Assembly (NCBI GenBank): GCA_035702645.1
Contig: DASSQE010000044.1
Span: 9,620 to 73,619, forward strand
DNA: 64,000 nt
Source of the DNA: Gaiellaceae bacterium
Lineage (GTDB): Bacteria > Actinomycetota > Thermoleophilia > Gaiellales > Gaiellaceae
Reading direction: 5' to 3'
Under the pieces are notes generated by a model. The model searched no databases. It was not told the origin of the DNA and saw only the letters and a list, made by a program, of their open reading frames with translations. The translations under genes and the position numbers were made by a program. Below, in pieces: positions 28,744-44,195 of this stretch (position 1 is the stretch's first letter; every line of letters begins with the position of its first letter).

Positions 28744-29567
28744 CGCTTCGGCCTTCCGCCGCGCTTCTTCTTCACCCGCCTCGGCGCGCCCGAGCCTCCG
28801 CTGGCGCCTGACTGCTGAGTCGTGGTCGCGGGCTGCTGCTCCGCCTCATCCGCCGACGGTTCCCTCGGCGGAGTGCGGCTCGAGCGCTTGGGCGGCACGA
28901 CCGCCCTCGGCATGAGACGCCGCGTCACGATTCCCTGCCCCGTCGTCCACAGGTTCGTCGTCACCCAGTAGAGGACGAGACCGGTCGGAAAGCGCACGAT
29001 GAACGGGATGAAGGCGATCGGGAGGACCATGATCATCCACTTCTGCGCCGCGCTCTGCATCTGCGTGGACATGAGGTACGTGGAGAGGAGCTGGCTCGCG
29101 ACGTAGACGACGACGAGGGTCGGGCCCCATCCGTCCTTCACCGGCTCCGTGATGTTGACGAGATGGATCCAGCCGAGTGCCTGGTCGGTGGAGTGCTTGA
29201 AGAGGTGCTTCTCGGCGTTCTTCAACACGAAATAGAGGGAAAAGAAGATCGGAATCTGGAAGACGATCGGCAGGCACGGCGCGTACGGGTTGATCTTGTT
29301 CTCCTTGTAGAACTTCATGAGCTCTTCCGACTGCCTCTGGCGGTCGCCCTTGTAGCGCTGCTGGATCGACTTCATCTCGGGCGCGTGCAGCTGCAGGCTC
29401 TGCATGGAGTGAATCTGGCGCAGCGCGACCGGGACGAGCAGGATGCGAACGATCACCGTCAGGGCGACGATCGACCACGCCCATGAGAGCCCGACGGTTC
29501 CGTGCAGCCAGATGAGGACGTCGCTGAGGACGTTTTCGATCGGGGTGAGGATCCCCGCGACGATCAC
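28740..29567 (-). CDS. yidC: Membrane protein insertase YidC (short, Gram-positive type)
   Basis: Conserved LVP...Q..SM..LQ.H.PEM..IQ..YK.D.Q....E.MK.YKE..INP segment. GTG at 29567 gives a GTGA overlap with the yidD stop; the tracked ORF extension to 29795 is off-frame yidD. Confidence 0.88.
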   Translation of the reverse strand: MIVAGILTPIENVLSDVLIWLHGTVGLSWAWSIVALTVIVRILLVPVALRQIHSMQSLQLHAPEMKSIQQRYKGDRQRQSEELMKFYKENKINPYAPCLPIVFQIPIFFSLYFVLKNAEKHLFKHSTDQALGWIHLVNITEPVKDGWGPTLVVVYVASQLLSTYLMSTQMQSAAQKWMIMVLPIAFIPFIVRFPTGLVLYWVTTNLWTTGQGIVTRRLMPRAVVPPKRSSRTPPREPSADEAEQQPATTTQQSGASGGSGAPRRVKKKRGGRPKR

Positions 29568-29827
29568 GTGCGGGCCCTCGGCGAGCGGCGGAAGAGCGGG
29601 AAGAGCGTCTGGTCGTGCGCGTAGTCGACGCCTCCGTGGCTCCAGGGGTTGCAGCGAAGCAGCCGCCACCCGGCGAGGATGGTCCCGCGCACGAGCCCGA
29701 ACTCGTCGAGCGCGTCGAGCGCGTACTGCGAGCAGCTCGGGTGGTACTTGCACGTTCCGGGCGGTGTGAGGAGGAGCCCGAACGTCCCCCGCCACGCGTG
29801 GACGAGCACGATGCCGAGGTACTTCAC
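29564..29827 (-). CDS. yidD: Membrane protein insertion efficiency factor YidD
   Basis: CKYHPSCSQYA and RCNPW motifs. The GTG start at 29827 overlaps the rnpA stop (GTGA). Confidence 0.85.
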   Translation of the reverse strand: MKYLGIVLVHAWRGTFGLLLTPPGTCKYHPSCSQYALDALDEFGLVRGTILAGWRLLRCNPWSHGGVDYAHDQTLFPLFRRSPRART

Positions 29828-30174
29828 CGCCTTGCCCTCCCCAGCACCTCGCCGATCTCCGCCAGCAGCCATTCCCGCCCCCGGGCCTCGGCCGGCTCGG
29901 CCAGCCCCGGGCGGGCGACGAGTACGTAGTCGCGTCCTCGCGGTACCTCCGGCAGCAGCTCCCGCCACGCCTCTCGCAGAAGGCGCTTCATGCGGTTGCG
30001 GACGACCGCGGTGCCGACCGTTCGAGGCACCGCCAGCCCGAGCCGCGGTGTGTCGTCGGGATCGTCCTCTCGAGCGAACCAGTGGAGGACGAGGTACCTG
30101 GTCGATGCAGACGTGCCGCGGCGGTAGACGGCGTCGAAATCCCGTGAGCGGGAGAGCCGGTGACGGCGCTGCAC
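29824..30174 (-). CDS. rnpA: Ribonuclease P protein component
   Basis: 116 aa with RLSRSRDFDAVYRRG and VGTAVVRNRMKRLLRE motifs, downstream of rpmH. Confidence 0.9.
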   Translation of the reverse strand: MQRRHRLSRSRDFDAVYRRGTSASTRYLVLHWFAREDDPDDTPRLGLAVPRTVGTAVVRNRMKRLLREAWRELLPEVPRGRDYVLVARPGLAEPAEARGREWLLAEIGEVLGRARR

Positions 30175-30185
30175 GGGTCGAGCCT

Positions 30186-30320
30186 TCAGGCGGAGAGGCG
30201 CTTACGCCCTCTCGCGCGACGGCGCTTCAGTATCGCGCGACCCCCACGCGTCGACATCCTGGCGCGGAAGCCGTGGCGACGCTTCCGTCGCCGAACGTTG
30301 GGCTGGTAGGTGCGTTTCAC
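30186..30320 (-). CDS. rpmH: 50S ribosomal protein L34
   Basis: GTG-initiated 44 aa: (V)[43 protein letters not shown]. The rest of tracked ORF 30186..30503 is non-coding origin DNA. Confidence 0.95.
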   Translation of the reverse strand: MKRTYQPNVRRRKRRHGFRARMSTRGGRAILKRRRARGRKRLSA

Positions 30321-30389
30321 GTCGGGTCGGCTCTCGACAAGGGGGCCGGGCGAGCCGAGCGGGCAGTATAGATGACTCGTCTGCGGGCC

Positions 30390-30590
30390 TGGTTTTCCAC
30401 AGTGAGCCGTGGTCGGCAAGGAGTCGAATCCGCTGCTCACGGACAGAGTTCGTTGTCGTATACGAGAACGGCATGCCCATCTTCCACACCTGTGGACAGG
30501 CATGTGGGAAGAGGAAAAATACCTGCAAAATGGCGCGTTTTTTCACCCAGAAGGGGGTGGATCACTCCGTTGAGGTGACGTGGAAAGGGT
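30390..30590. other. Candidate oriC (DnaA-box cluster plus AT-rich tract) in the rpmH-dnaA intergenic region
   Basis: - DnaA-box-like 9-mers: TTTTCCACA (30393-30401), TCTTCCACA (30480-30488), TGTGGACAG (30491-30499, inverted), TGTGGGAAG (30503-30511, inverted).
- Weaker boxes: GGTGGATCA (30556-30564) and CGTGGAAAG (30579-30587).
- AT-rich tract GGAAAAATACCTGCAAAATGGCGCGTTTTTTTCA (30513-30546) in a ~70% GC genome.
- Near-perfect 20-bp palindrome CGTTGTCGTATACGAGAACG (30451-30470). Confidence 0.75.
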
Positions 30591-32025
30591 GCTATGCTCG
30601 CCCCCTTCCGCGACGACCTTCGACCTCGACGAGAGGGTGGAGCAGACGACACGACCGACGGCCGAAGGGCTCTGGGACGCGCTCACGCAACGGCTGCGCG
30701 AGACCCTCGGCGACGAGTTCGAGAGGTGGTTCGCGTACGCGGAACCACAGTCGCTGTCCAACGGCACACTCCTCGTCTCGCTGCCCAACGACTTCACCCG
30801 GCAATGGGTCGAGGGGCATTTCCGCAGCGCGGTTGCGAGCGCGGCACGCGACTCGCTCGGTCGCGAGCTCTCGGTCTCGTTCGGCGTCTCCGAACCGCGC
30901 TCGGCCATCGGAGTCGTCTCACCGCAGCCCGTCCCGGCTGCACCCGAGCGGCCGCCCGAGAGCGACCGGCCGTATCGCGACGCGGACGAGGACCTGAATG
31001 CGAAGTACACGTTCGACCGCTTCGTCATCGGCGAGTCGAACCGGTTTGCACACGCGGCCGCGCTCACCGTCGCCGAAGCGCCGGCGCAGGCGTACAACCC
31101 CCTCTTCATCTACGGGGAGACCGGCCTCGGGAAGACGCATCTGCTGCAGGCGATCGCCCACTACGTCCGTCAACACTCGCGTCGTCTCACGAACCGGTAC
31201 GTGACCTGCGAGAAGTTCATGAACGACTTCATCGAGGCGGTTCGCGATCGCGGAGCGAGGATCGAGGGCTTCAAGCGCCGCTACCGGAACTACGACGTCC
31301 TGCTCGTCGACGACATCCAGTTCCTCGAGGGCAAGGAGCGGATCCAGGAGGAGTTCTTCCACACGTTCAACTCGCTCTACGAAGCCGGCGCGCAGATCAT
31401 CATCTCGTCGGACCGGAAGCCACGGGAGATCGCGACGCTCGAGGAGCGTCTCCGCTCGCGGTTCGAGTGGGGCCTCATCACGGACATCCAGAAGCCCGAT
31501 CTCGAGACGCGCATCGCGATCCTCCTGAAGAAGGTGAAGACCGAGGGAATCGCCGTCGACGACCCCGAGGTGCTGACGTTCATCGCCGGTCGTGTCTCCT
31601 CGAACATCCGTGAGCTCGAGGGAGCGCTCACGCGCGTCGTTGCGTTCTCCTCGCTCACCAATCAGCCGATGACCGTCGCGCTCGCGGATCACGTGCTGAA
31701 GGACGTGTTCCCGCAGGGCGACGCAGCGCCCGAGGTGACGATCGAGCTGATCCAGGACGTCGTGTCGCAGCGGTTCGGCGTGACGCGCGACGAGCTGATC
31801 AGCCCTCGTCGATCGCAGGCGGTGGCATATCCACGGCAGGTCGCGATGTACCTCTCACGCGAGCTCACGGACGCGTCGCTTCCTGCCATCGGGCGGGAGT
31901 TCGGCGGCCGCGATCACACCACCGTCATCCATGCGAAGGACAAGATCACGCGCCGCATCCGCGAAGATCGCTCTGTGTACAACCTTGTGCAAGAGCTCAC
32001 CGCGCGCATCAAGCAGGTTCGGTGA
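30580..32025 (+). CDS. dnaA: Chromosomal replication initiator protein DnaA
   Basis: AAA+ Walker A GETGLGKTHLLQA, Walker B LLVDDIQFL, and C-terminal DNA-binding DHTTVIHA. Start uncertain: GTG at 30580, 30589 or 30637. Confidence 0.95.
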   Translation: MERVLCSPPSATTFDLDERVEQTTRPTAEGLWDALTQRLRETLGDEFERWFAYAEPQSLSNGTLLVSLPNDFTRQWVEGHFRSAVASAARDSLGRELSVSFGVSEPRSAIGVVSPQPVPAAPERPPESDRPYRDADEDLNAKYTFDRFVIGESNRFAHAAALTVAEAPAQAYNPLFIYGETGLGKTHLLQAIAHYVRQHSRRLTNRYVTCEKFMNDFIEAVRDRGARIEGFKRRYRNYDVLLVDDIQFLEGKERIQEEFFHTFNSLYEAGAQIIISSDRKPREIATLEERLRSRFEWGLITDIQKPDLETRIAILLKKVKTEGIAVDDPEVLTFIAGRVSSNIRELEGALTRVVAFSSLTNQPMTVALADHVLKDVFPQGDAAPEVTIELIQDVVSQRFGVTRDELISPRRSQAVAYPRQVAMYLSRELTDASLPAIGREFGGRDHTTVIHAKDKITRRIREDRSVYNLVQELTARIKQVR

Positions 32026-32059
32026 CGTTGGGGGTCCTGTGCACTCGGTCGAGCGCGCC

Positions 32060-32150
32060 TGTGGAAGTCGCCCTGGTTCTCCCCGGACGGACCAACATGC
32101 GTTTTCGCCGCACTTCCGAGACAATCGCCTCGTCTTCCCCGTGATCCACA
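32060..32150. promoter_or_regulatory. Second, smaller DnaA-box-like cluster in the dnaA-dnaN intergenic region
   Basis: TGTGGAAGT (32060-32068, inverted) and TGATCCACA (32142-32150). The region is locally GC-poor (GTTTTCGCC, TTCTTTCTCTAAGTT). Confidence 0.5.
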
Positions 32151-32192
32151 CTCCTACTACGACTACGAGGTTCTTTCTCTAAGTTCCCAGTC

Positions 32193-33317
32193 ATGGACAC
32201 AGACCTCGCCACAGCCTCCGAACTGAGCGTCTCGATCTCGCGGGACGACCTCTCGGTCGCCGCTGGCGTCGTTGCGCGGGGGCTCTCGAGTCGAAGTGCC
32301 GTCCAGGTCTTGACAGGGATCCTGATCGAGGTCGAAGACGGTCGGCTGACACTGGCCGCGACGGACATGGAGGTGTCGCTGCGAGCGACGGTTGCCGGTG
32401 ATGTCGCCGGTCAGGGGAAGGTGGTCGTTCCGGGGCGCCTGCTGGCGGACCTCATTCGACTCCTCCCGGACGATCGCGTCTCGCTCTCGTACGAGCCGGG
32501 CGAAGGGGTCCTCGCGGTCTCGTCCGGGAGCTACGCGTCACGCGTGAACGTGTTCAGCGCCGAGGACTTCCCGCGTCTCCCCTCGCTCGAGATCGCGCTC
32601 CACACGATCGACGCCATTGCGCTGCTCGGCACGATCGAGAAGGTCGCGCGAGCCGCCTCGCGTGACGAGTCCCGACCCGTCTTGACCGGAATCCTCGTCC
32701 GCTTCGAGGGATCGCAGCTCGTGATGGCTGCGACCGACTCCTACCGACTGTCGGTCAAAGAGACGGAGCTCTCCGAGTCGGGGCCAGAGCTCGAGGCGAT
32801 CATTCCTGCCCGCGCGCTGCAGGAGCTCGCCCGCCTCGCGGCGGGCAAGGACACGGTCGAGCTCGGTGTGCACGAGAACCACGTCGTCTTCTCGACCGGT
32901 GACGTGTGGCTGACGAGTCGCCGTATCGACGGACAGTTCCCGAACTATAAGCAGCTCCTGCCCGAGACCTTCGAGGCAGAGCTCACGGTCGATCGCGAGC
33001 CGCTTCTCGAGGTCGTCCGCCGGGCGGCGGTGCTCGCTCAGCGCAACCAGCCGCTCCGGCTCCGCTTTGCCGAGGGTGAGTTGACCGTGTCCGCGCAAAC
33101 GCAGGACGTCGGGGAGGCCCGCGAATCGCTTCCCGTCGGCTATACGGGAGAACCGCTCGAGATCGGCTTCAATCCCGACTTCCTGCGCGAGGGGCTCGAG
33201 GCGATCGCCGGCGACACGGTGCAGCTCAAGTTGATCAACCCGTTGCGACCGGCGGTCATCGCGTCCCCGGACGAGAGCTTCTGGTACCTGATCATGCCGA
33301 TCCGGCTTCCGGGCTGA
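32193..33317 (+). CDS. dnaN: DNA polymerase III beta sliding clamp
   Basis: 374 aa in the conserved position after dnaA, with a three-domain clamp-like pattern and a C-terminal YLIMPIRL motif. Confidence 0.93.
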   Translation: MDTDLATASELSVSISRDDLSVAAGVVARGLSSRSAVQVLTGILIEVEDGRLTLAATDMEVSLRATVAGDVAGQGKVVVPGRLLADLIRLLPDDRVSLSYEPGEGVLAVSSGSYASRVNVFSAEDFPRLPSLEIALHTIDAIALLGTIEKVARAASRDESRPVLTGILVRFEGSQLVMAATDSYRLSVKETELSESGPELEAIIPARALQELARLAAGKDTVELGVHENHVVFSTGDVWLTSRRIDGQFPNYKQLLPETFEAELTVDREPLLEVVRRAAVLAQRNQPLRLRFAEGELTVSAQTQDVGEARESLPVGYTGEPLEIGFNPDFLREGLEAIAGDTVQLKLINPLRPAVIASPDESFWYLIMPIRLPG

Positions 33318-34374
33318 TCGTCGGCGAGGTCTCGCTTCGCGACTTTCGCTCGTACGCCCGCCTGGAGCTCGAGCTCGCGGCCGGCGTCGTCCTCGTCACG
33401 GGCGCAAATGGCGCCGGCAAGACGAATCTCCTCGAAGCTCTCCACCTCGGGACCCAAGGCTTCTCCCCACGTGCCCGGACCGACGCACAGATGGTCAGGT
33501 TCGGTGCCGAGGGCGGGAAGGTCGCGCTTCGAGGTCACAACGCCTCGACGGCCTACGAGAGCGAGGTCGTGTTGAGCACGAACGACGCCCGACGCGCACG
33601 GTTGAACGGAAGCGCGCTTCGTTCTGCCGAGCAGCTCCGCCAGAGCTTCCGGACTCTCGTCTTCACCCCCGACCGCTTGGCCGTGGTCAAGGGGGCGCCC
33701 GCGACGCGAAGGGCGTACCTCGACAGGGCTCTCGGGCGTCTGTTTCCGAGCCGCGCCTCGCTCCCGGTCGAATATGCCGGAGCGGTGGGTCAGCGGAACG
33801 CGGCGCTTCGCCGCATCGCCGCGGGCACCTCGTCACGCGATGCCCTCGGCCCGTGGACCGAGGCGGTCGCGCACCTCGGCCGCGAGCTCGTGGAGGCGCG
33901 CGTGCAGGCGGTCGACGTCCTCGGCCCCTGCTTCGTGGAGTCCGCGGGCACGCTGTTCCTCGCCGAGGCGACGCTCGCGTACGAGGGAGACGTCGCGACC
34001 GTCGACGACTACGAACGGCGACTGCAACGTGACCTCGATCGCGGTGTGACGGGGATCGGGCCGCACCTCCACGACGTCCGGATCGAGGCGAGCGGCCGCG
34101 ATCTCCGCAGCTTCGGATCACAGGGCGAGCAGCGGGTGGCGGTTCTGGCTCTCGTCCTCGCCGAGGCGCGCGCCCTGGCGGAGCGGGACGGCGTGCGTCC
34201 ACTCGTGCTCCTCGACGACGTCCTCTCCGAGCTGGACGAATCGCGTCGCATCGCTCTCGCGGACCTCATCTCGGCCGGGGGGCAGACAGTCGTCACGGCG
34301 ACGTCCACCGCGGCGCTGCCCTCGGAGCCCGCGCTCTCGCTGGTGGTCACGCCGGGGACCGCGAGGAGCGTCTG

Positions 34375-34375
<1 letters not shown>
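33314..34375 (+). CDS. recF: DNA replication and repair protein RecF (non-canonical start)
   Basis: The tracked ORF starts at the ATG at 33491. The same frame is open upstream and encodes SLRDFRSY...LVTGANGAGKTNLLEAL (Walker A at about 33400-33440). The C-terminus carries LLDDVLSELD. There is no ATG, GTG or TTG between the dnaN stop and the Walker A. CTG at 33314 (overlapping the dnaN TGA) or ATC at 33317 are the only candidates. Confidence 0.8.
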
Positions 34376-39810
<5,435 letters not shown>

Positions 39811-39833
39811 GCGTTTCGTCTGCGCCGAGCGCC

Positions 39834-39851
39834 GTGGGCATCTGAGCCCAC
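39834..39851. terminator. Short GC hairpin between convergent gyrA and the SPFH gene
   Basis: GTGGGC-ATCTGA-GCCCAC, a perfect 6-bp stem with no T-tract. Weak evidence only. Confidence 0.3.
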
Positions 39852-39862
39852 CAGCCGGCTCG

Positions 39863-40642
39863 CTACTTCGATTCGGCCTCGGGCAGGCTCGCCATCTTCG
39901 AGAGGGCCGTGAGGATGTCGATCGGGATCGGGAAGACGATCGTCGAGTTGTTCGCCGAGCCGATCTCGAGGAGCGTCTGCAGGTAGCGGAGCTGAACCGT
40001 GATCGGCTCCTGCGCCATGACGGCCGCTGCGTCCTTCAGGCGTTCGGACGCCTGGTATTCGCCTTCGGCCGAGATCACCTTGGCACGCCGCTCGCGTTCG
40101 GCCTCCGCCTGGCGTGCCATCGCCCGCTGCATGTCCGAGGGGATCTCGACGTCCTTCACCTCCACCACGGACACCTTGATCCCCCACGGCGCAGTCGCCT
40201 CGTCGATGATCCCCTGCAGGATCCCGTTGATCTTGTCCCGCTCCGAGAGGAGCTCGTCGAGGACGTGCTGGCCGAGTACCGAGCGGAGCGTCGTCTGCGC
40301 GATCTGCGAGGTCGCCACCATGAAGTTCTCGACCTGGACGAGCGACGCGTTCGCGTCGACGATGCGGAAGTAGGCGACGGCGTTGACGCGGACGGGGACG
40401 TTGTCCTTCGTGATCACCTCTTGCGGAGGCACGTTGAGCGTCACCGTCCGCAGGTCGACGATGGTCACCCGGTCGACGAAGGGGATGATGAGGAAGAGCC
40501 CCGGCCCTTTCGGCTCCGGCAGCAGGCGCCCGAGCCGGAACACGACGCCGCGCTCGTACTCGCGGGCGATCTTGACTGCGAGGAACAGGAGCAGGACGAC
40601 GATCACCACGATGGCGGCGAGCACGATCAGCGCGATATCCAT
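39863..40642 (-). CDS. SPFH/band 7 (stomatin-like) membrane protein
   Basis: N-terminal TM helix, then [13 protein letters not shown]...PFVD and a coiled-coil segment [16 protein letters not shown]. Overlaps the nfeD stop by 1 nt. Confidence 0.9.
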   Translation of the reverse strand: MDIALIVLAAIVVIVVLLLFLAVKIAREYERGVVFRLGRLLPEPKGPGLFLIIPFVDRVTIVDLRTVTLNVPPQEVITKDNVPVRVNAVAYFRIVDANASLVQVENFMVATSQIAQTTLRSVLGQHVLDELLSERDKINGILQGIIDEATAPWGIKVSVVEVKDVEIPSDMQRAMARQAEAERERRAKVISAEGEYQASERLKDAAAVMAQEPITVQLRYLQTLLEIGSANNSTIVFPIPIDILTALSKMASLPEAESK

Positions 40643-41967
40643 CAGCTCGGTTCCTCCTGGGTTTGGGCTGACAGGGATCCTACGAGCAGGCGCAGGCCGG
40701 GCTCGACGTCCTCGACTCGCACGCGGCTTCCGGGCACCAGCGGCGCGTCGTCAGCGGCGTGCGCGCGCCACAGCTCCCCGTGCAGCGAGACCATCCCACT
40801 CTGTCGCACGACGCCCTCCTCTCCGACGAGGCGGTCGGCGCCGACGAGCACGGGATTCCGACGAGCGCGAACGACTCTCGTGACGGCGAAGCCGAGCAGG
40901 AGCGCGAGCGTGCCGGCAATCGCCAGCGCGACGGGAAGCGACACCTGGTAGCCCGGGCCGGCCGGGTCGAACAGCATGAGCGCGCCGAGCACGAACGTCA
41001 CCCCGCCCGCGACCGCCAACGCTCCGTGCGCGGGGACGAAGGCCTCGGAAACCAGGAAGGCGGCCGAGAGGAGGAGGAGCAGGACGCCCGTGGCGGAGAC
41101 GGGGAGGATCTGCAGCCCGTAGAGCCCGAGGATCAACGAGATCGCACCGACGGTCCCCGGGAAGATCAGCCCGGGGTGCCAGAGCTCGACGACGATCCCG
41201 ATCAGCCCGATCGAGAGGAAGAGCGCGATCAGGTTCGGATCGACGAGGAAATCCCGGACGCGCTGGAAGAACGTCATGTTCACGTTCTCGATCTCGGCGT
41301 CGGCCGTGTGGAGGACGTAGCCCTTGGGGACGGTCTTCGCGCCGTCGACCTCCTTCAGGAGCGCGGGGACCGTCGGTGCGACGACCTCGACGAGCCCGAT
41401 CTTCTTCGCTTCGCGCGCACCGTAGTTGGTCGCCTTCGTGACCATGAGACGGGCGGCGCGGGGGTTCCGATCGTGCTCGCGCGCGAGCTCTCCGACGTAG
41501 GCGGCTGCGTCGTTGACGACCTTCCGCCGGAGATCGCTGCCGATGTTCTGACCCCCCAGGTTGATGGGCGTCGACGAGCCGATGTTGGTCTGCGGCGCCA
41601 TCGCCGCGAGGTCGGACGCCATCGTGATCACCGCCCCCGCGGAGTCGGCGCTCGATCCGGGCGGTGCGACGTAGACGATCACGGGGACCGTCGCGGACAG
41701 GAATCGCTTGACGATTCCGCGCATCGACGAGCTCAGTCCACCGGGTGTGTCGAGGACGATCACGACTGCGGCGTCGTGATCACGCTCCGCCCGGTCGATC
41801 GAATGGTCGATGTACTCCTGCGTCACGGGGTTGATGTCGTTCGAGAAGTGGACGGCGAGCACGTGGGGACGCTCGCTCGACGCTGCGTGAGAGACGGAGG
41901 CCGCGAGCGCGAGTGCGAGGAGCGCCGTGAACAGGCCGATCGCGCGCAGCGGGAGACGCTTCCTCAC
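40642..41967 (-). CDS. nfeD: NfeD-family membrane-bound ClpP-class serine protease
   Basis: Signal peptide, ClpP-like domain ([16 protein letters not shown]), polytopic middle, and a C-terminal OB-fold-like tail. Classic partner of an SPFH gene. Confidence 0.85.
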   Translation of the reverse strand: MRKRLPLRAIGLFTALLALALAASVSHAASSERPHVLAVHFSNDINPVTQEYIDHSIDRAERDHDAAVVIVLDTPGGLSSSMRGIVKRFLSATVPVIVYVAPPGSSADSAGAVITMASDLAAMAPQTNIGSSTPINLGGQNIGSDLRRKVVNDAAAYVGELAREHDRNPRAARLMVTKATNYGAREAKKIGLVEVVAPTVPALLKEVDGAKTVPKGYVLHTADAEIENVNMTFFQRVRDFLVDPNLIALFLSIGLIGIVVELWHPGLIFPGTVGAISLILGLYGLQILPVSATGVLLLLLSAAFLVSEAFVPAHGALAVAGGVTFVLGALMLFDPAGPGYQVSLPVALAIAGTLALLLGFAVTRVVRARRNPVLVGADRLVGEEGVVRQSGMVSLHGELWRAHAADDAPLVPGSRVRVEDVEPGLRLLVGSLSAQTQEEPS

Positions 41968-42038
41968 CTTGTAAGGATTGCATCAGCGCAGGGTTCCGGG
42001 TCTTGCGCGCGAACTGCGATCTCGCCACCCTGGCTCGC

Positions 42039-44186
42039 ATGCGCCGCCTGGTCCTCGCCCTTCTCGTCGTCGTCTCGGCGATCGTGCTCGCCCCGAAGGC
42101 GCTCGCGGGATCGCCGGCGAGCATCACGGCGGTCGATATGCCGCTCGCGGGCCAGCGAGTGCTCGCCGACGCTTCGGCGACTCACCGCTTCACCCTCGTC
42201 GGGGTGCACTGGCGCGGCTCGGGAACCGTGCGCTTCCGCACGCGCTCGGTGAGCGGTCAGTGGAGCCCGTGGCGAACTGCCGCGCCCGAGGCCGACGACG
42301 CTCCAGACGCGGGGTCGGCCGAAGGGCGGGCAACCGCCGGCTGGCGGATCGGAAACCCGTTCTGGGTCGGCGACTCGGACCGGATCGAAACCAGGACCGT
42401 CGGCCGCGTCTCTCGAATCCGGGCCTACCTCGTCTGGAGCCCGGTGACCAGGGTCCCGTATCGTGCTCCGGCGCAGGCGGGCATGCCTCCGATCGTTCTG
42501 CGGCAGGCGTGGGGCGCGGACGAGTCGATCCGGCGGGCGCCGCCTCAATACGCGTCCTCTGTGCGGTTCGCGATCGTCCACCACACGGCGGGCCAGAACG
42601 ACTACACGCGGTCCCAGGCACCCGCGATCGTCCGTGGGATCGAGCTCTACCACGTGCAGGGGAACGGCTGGAACGACATCGGCTACAACTTCCTCGTCGA
42701 CCGCTTCGGCACGGTCTACGAAGGTCGGTACGGCGGCATCGACCGGAACGTGATCGGCGCCCACGCTCTCGGGTTCAACACCGGTTCCGTGGGAGTCGCG
42801 GTACTCGGGACGTACGGATCGAGGGCGCCGTCTCAGGCAGCGCAGGACGCTCTCGAGAAGCTGCTCGCCTGGCGCCTCGACGTCGCGCACGTGAACCCGC
42901 TGGGTCTTCTCACCGTCATCTCGGGCGGGAGCGAGCGCTACGCAAAGGGGATCCCCGTCACGCTGCGCGCCATCTCGGGTCATCGGGACACGGGGTTCAC
43001 GGAGTGCCCGGGGACCGCGCTCTACGCACGCCTCGACGGGATCGCGGCTGCCGCCGCCTCCATCGGCGGTCCCAAGATCTATGGGCCTCGCGTGGACGTG
43101 AACGAGGTCGGCGCTCGTTTCCGGGCAACCCTATCGACCTCTCTCTCCTGGACGGTCTCGATCACGAGCCCGACCGGAGCGGAGGTCGCACGAGGCACGG
43201 GCATCGGCAAGGGCGTCGACTGGACCTGGGACGCCAGCGGCCTGCCCGCCGCGACCTACTCGTGGTCGATCCGTGCCGGGACTGCCAGGCCCGCCACCGG
43301 CAAGCTCAGGGCCGGAGGGAACGCGCCTGCGCTCGCGATCGAGGAGCCTTCTGCCAATCCCGCGGCGATCAGCCCGAACGGCGACCAGCAGGCCGACACG
43401 TCACTCGTCTCGTTCACGCTCTCGATTCCCGCGAACGTGTCGGTCGAGGTCGTGTCAGCGGAAGGTGCGGTCGTTGCCACGGTCATCGATCGCGTGTTCA
43501 TGGGGGCGGGGCTCCACCAGGTCACCGTCGACGGCTCCGTGCTCCCAGACGGTGACTACACGGTTCTCGTGTCGGCGCGGACGGGTGCCGGCGAGTCGGT
43601 GGAGGCCTCGGTCCCCCTTGCTGTCAGCCGAACGCTCGGCACGGTCTCGGTCGCACCGGCCGCGTTCTCTCCGAACGGCGACGGTCGGCTCGACCGGCTG
43701 ACGATCGACTTCACGCTCGCGAACCCGGCGGACGTGCGCATCCGGATCGTCCGAGACGACGGCACGTGGGTCGCGACGCCAATCGTCACCGAGAGCCTTC
43801 CTCTCGGGCCGCAGCGATTCACCTGGGACGGCTCACGTCTCGGCGGCGGCATCGTCCACGACGGTTCGTACGAGGCGGTCGTCGACGTCACGGACGCCGT
43901 TGGCACGGTTTCCTTCGCGACGCCGTTTGTCTCCGATACGACCGCTCCCGTGGTTCGCCTCCTGCCGGGTACGCCACTGCGGGTCTCGGTCAGCGAGCCG
44001 GCCGTCCTGACGATGCTGATCGACGGCCATACCCTGCGGCGTGTGGTGAAGACGGCCGGCACCGTTCGAATCCCGTGGTCGGGACCGGCGAAGCGCGTGC
44101 GGGTCGTCGCCTGGGACGTAGCGGGGAACAAGAGCGCGCCGGTGCTGCGGGTCGCGGGGCCGGGTTCGCGCAGACCCGGGCAGTAG
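42039..44186 (+). CDS. Secreted N-acetylmuramoyl-L-alanine amidase (amidase_2/PGRP domain) with FlgD-Ig-like repeats
   Basis: IVHHTAG...YH..GNGWNDIGYNFLVD..G..YEGR amidase_2 motif. Two C-terminal (F/I)SPNGD(G/Q) Ig-like repeats. The ATG at 42039 gives a signal peptide (MRRLVLALLVVV...ALA); the tracked TTG at 42003 is less likely. Confidence 0.8.
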   Translation: MRRLVLALLVVVSAIVLAPKALAGSPASITAVDMPLAGQRVLADASATHRFTLVGVHWRGSGTVRFRTRSVSGQWSPWRTAAPEADDAPDAGSAEGRATAGWRIGNPFWVGDSDRIETRTVGRVSRIRAYLVWSPVTRVPYRAPAQAGMPPIVLRQAWGADESIRRAPPQYASSVRFAIVHHTAGQNDYTRSQAPAIVRGIELYHVQGNGWNDIGYNFLVDRFGTVYEGRYGGIDRNVIGAHALGFNTGSVGVAVLGTYGSRAPSQAAQDALEKLLAWRLDVAHVNPLGLLTVISGGSERYAKGIPVTLRAISGHRDTGFTECPGTALYARLDGIAAAAASIGGPKIYGPRVDVNEVGARFRATLSTSLSWTVSITSPTGAEVARGTGIGKGVDWTWDASGLPAATYSWSIRAGTARPATGKLRAGGNAPALAIEEPSANPAAISPNGDQQADTSLVSFTLSIPANVSVEVVSAEGAVVATVIDRVFMGAGLHQVTVDGSVLPDGDYTVLVSARTGAGESVEASVPLAVSRTLGTVSVAPAAFSPNGDGRLDRLTIDFTLANPADVRIRIVRDDGTWVATPIVTESLPLGPQRFTWDGSRLGGGIVHDGSYEAVVDVTDAVGTVSFATPFVSDTTAPVVRLLPGTPLRVSVSEPAVLTMLIDGHTLRRVVKTAGTVRIPWSGPAKRVRVVAWDVAGNKSAPVLRVAGPGSRRPGQ

Positions 44187-44195
44187 ACTCGCGCC

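Noticed and set aside
30314-30326. GTTTCACGTCGGG at the rpmH start as a second parS site
   Set aside because: Only the left half-site matches parS; the right arm is unrelated.
30372-30578. 68-aa plus-strand ORF and the 105/114-aa minus-strand ORFs inside the rpmH-dnaA spacer
   Set aside because: They lie in the DnaA-box/AT-rich origin region, have no coding-like composition or motif, and the real rpmH occupies only 30186..30320.
39863-41967. SPFH plus NfeD pair as a novel system
   Set aside because: This is the well-known stomatin/NfeD operon with the standard 1-nt overlap. Nothing atypical was seen.
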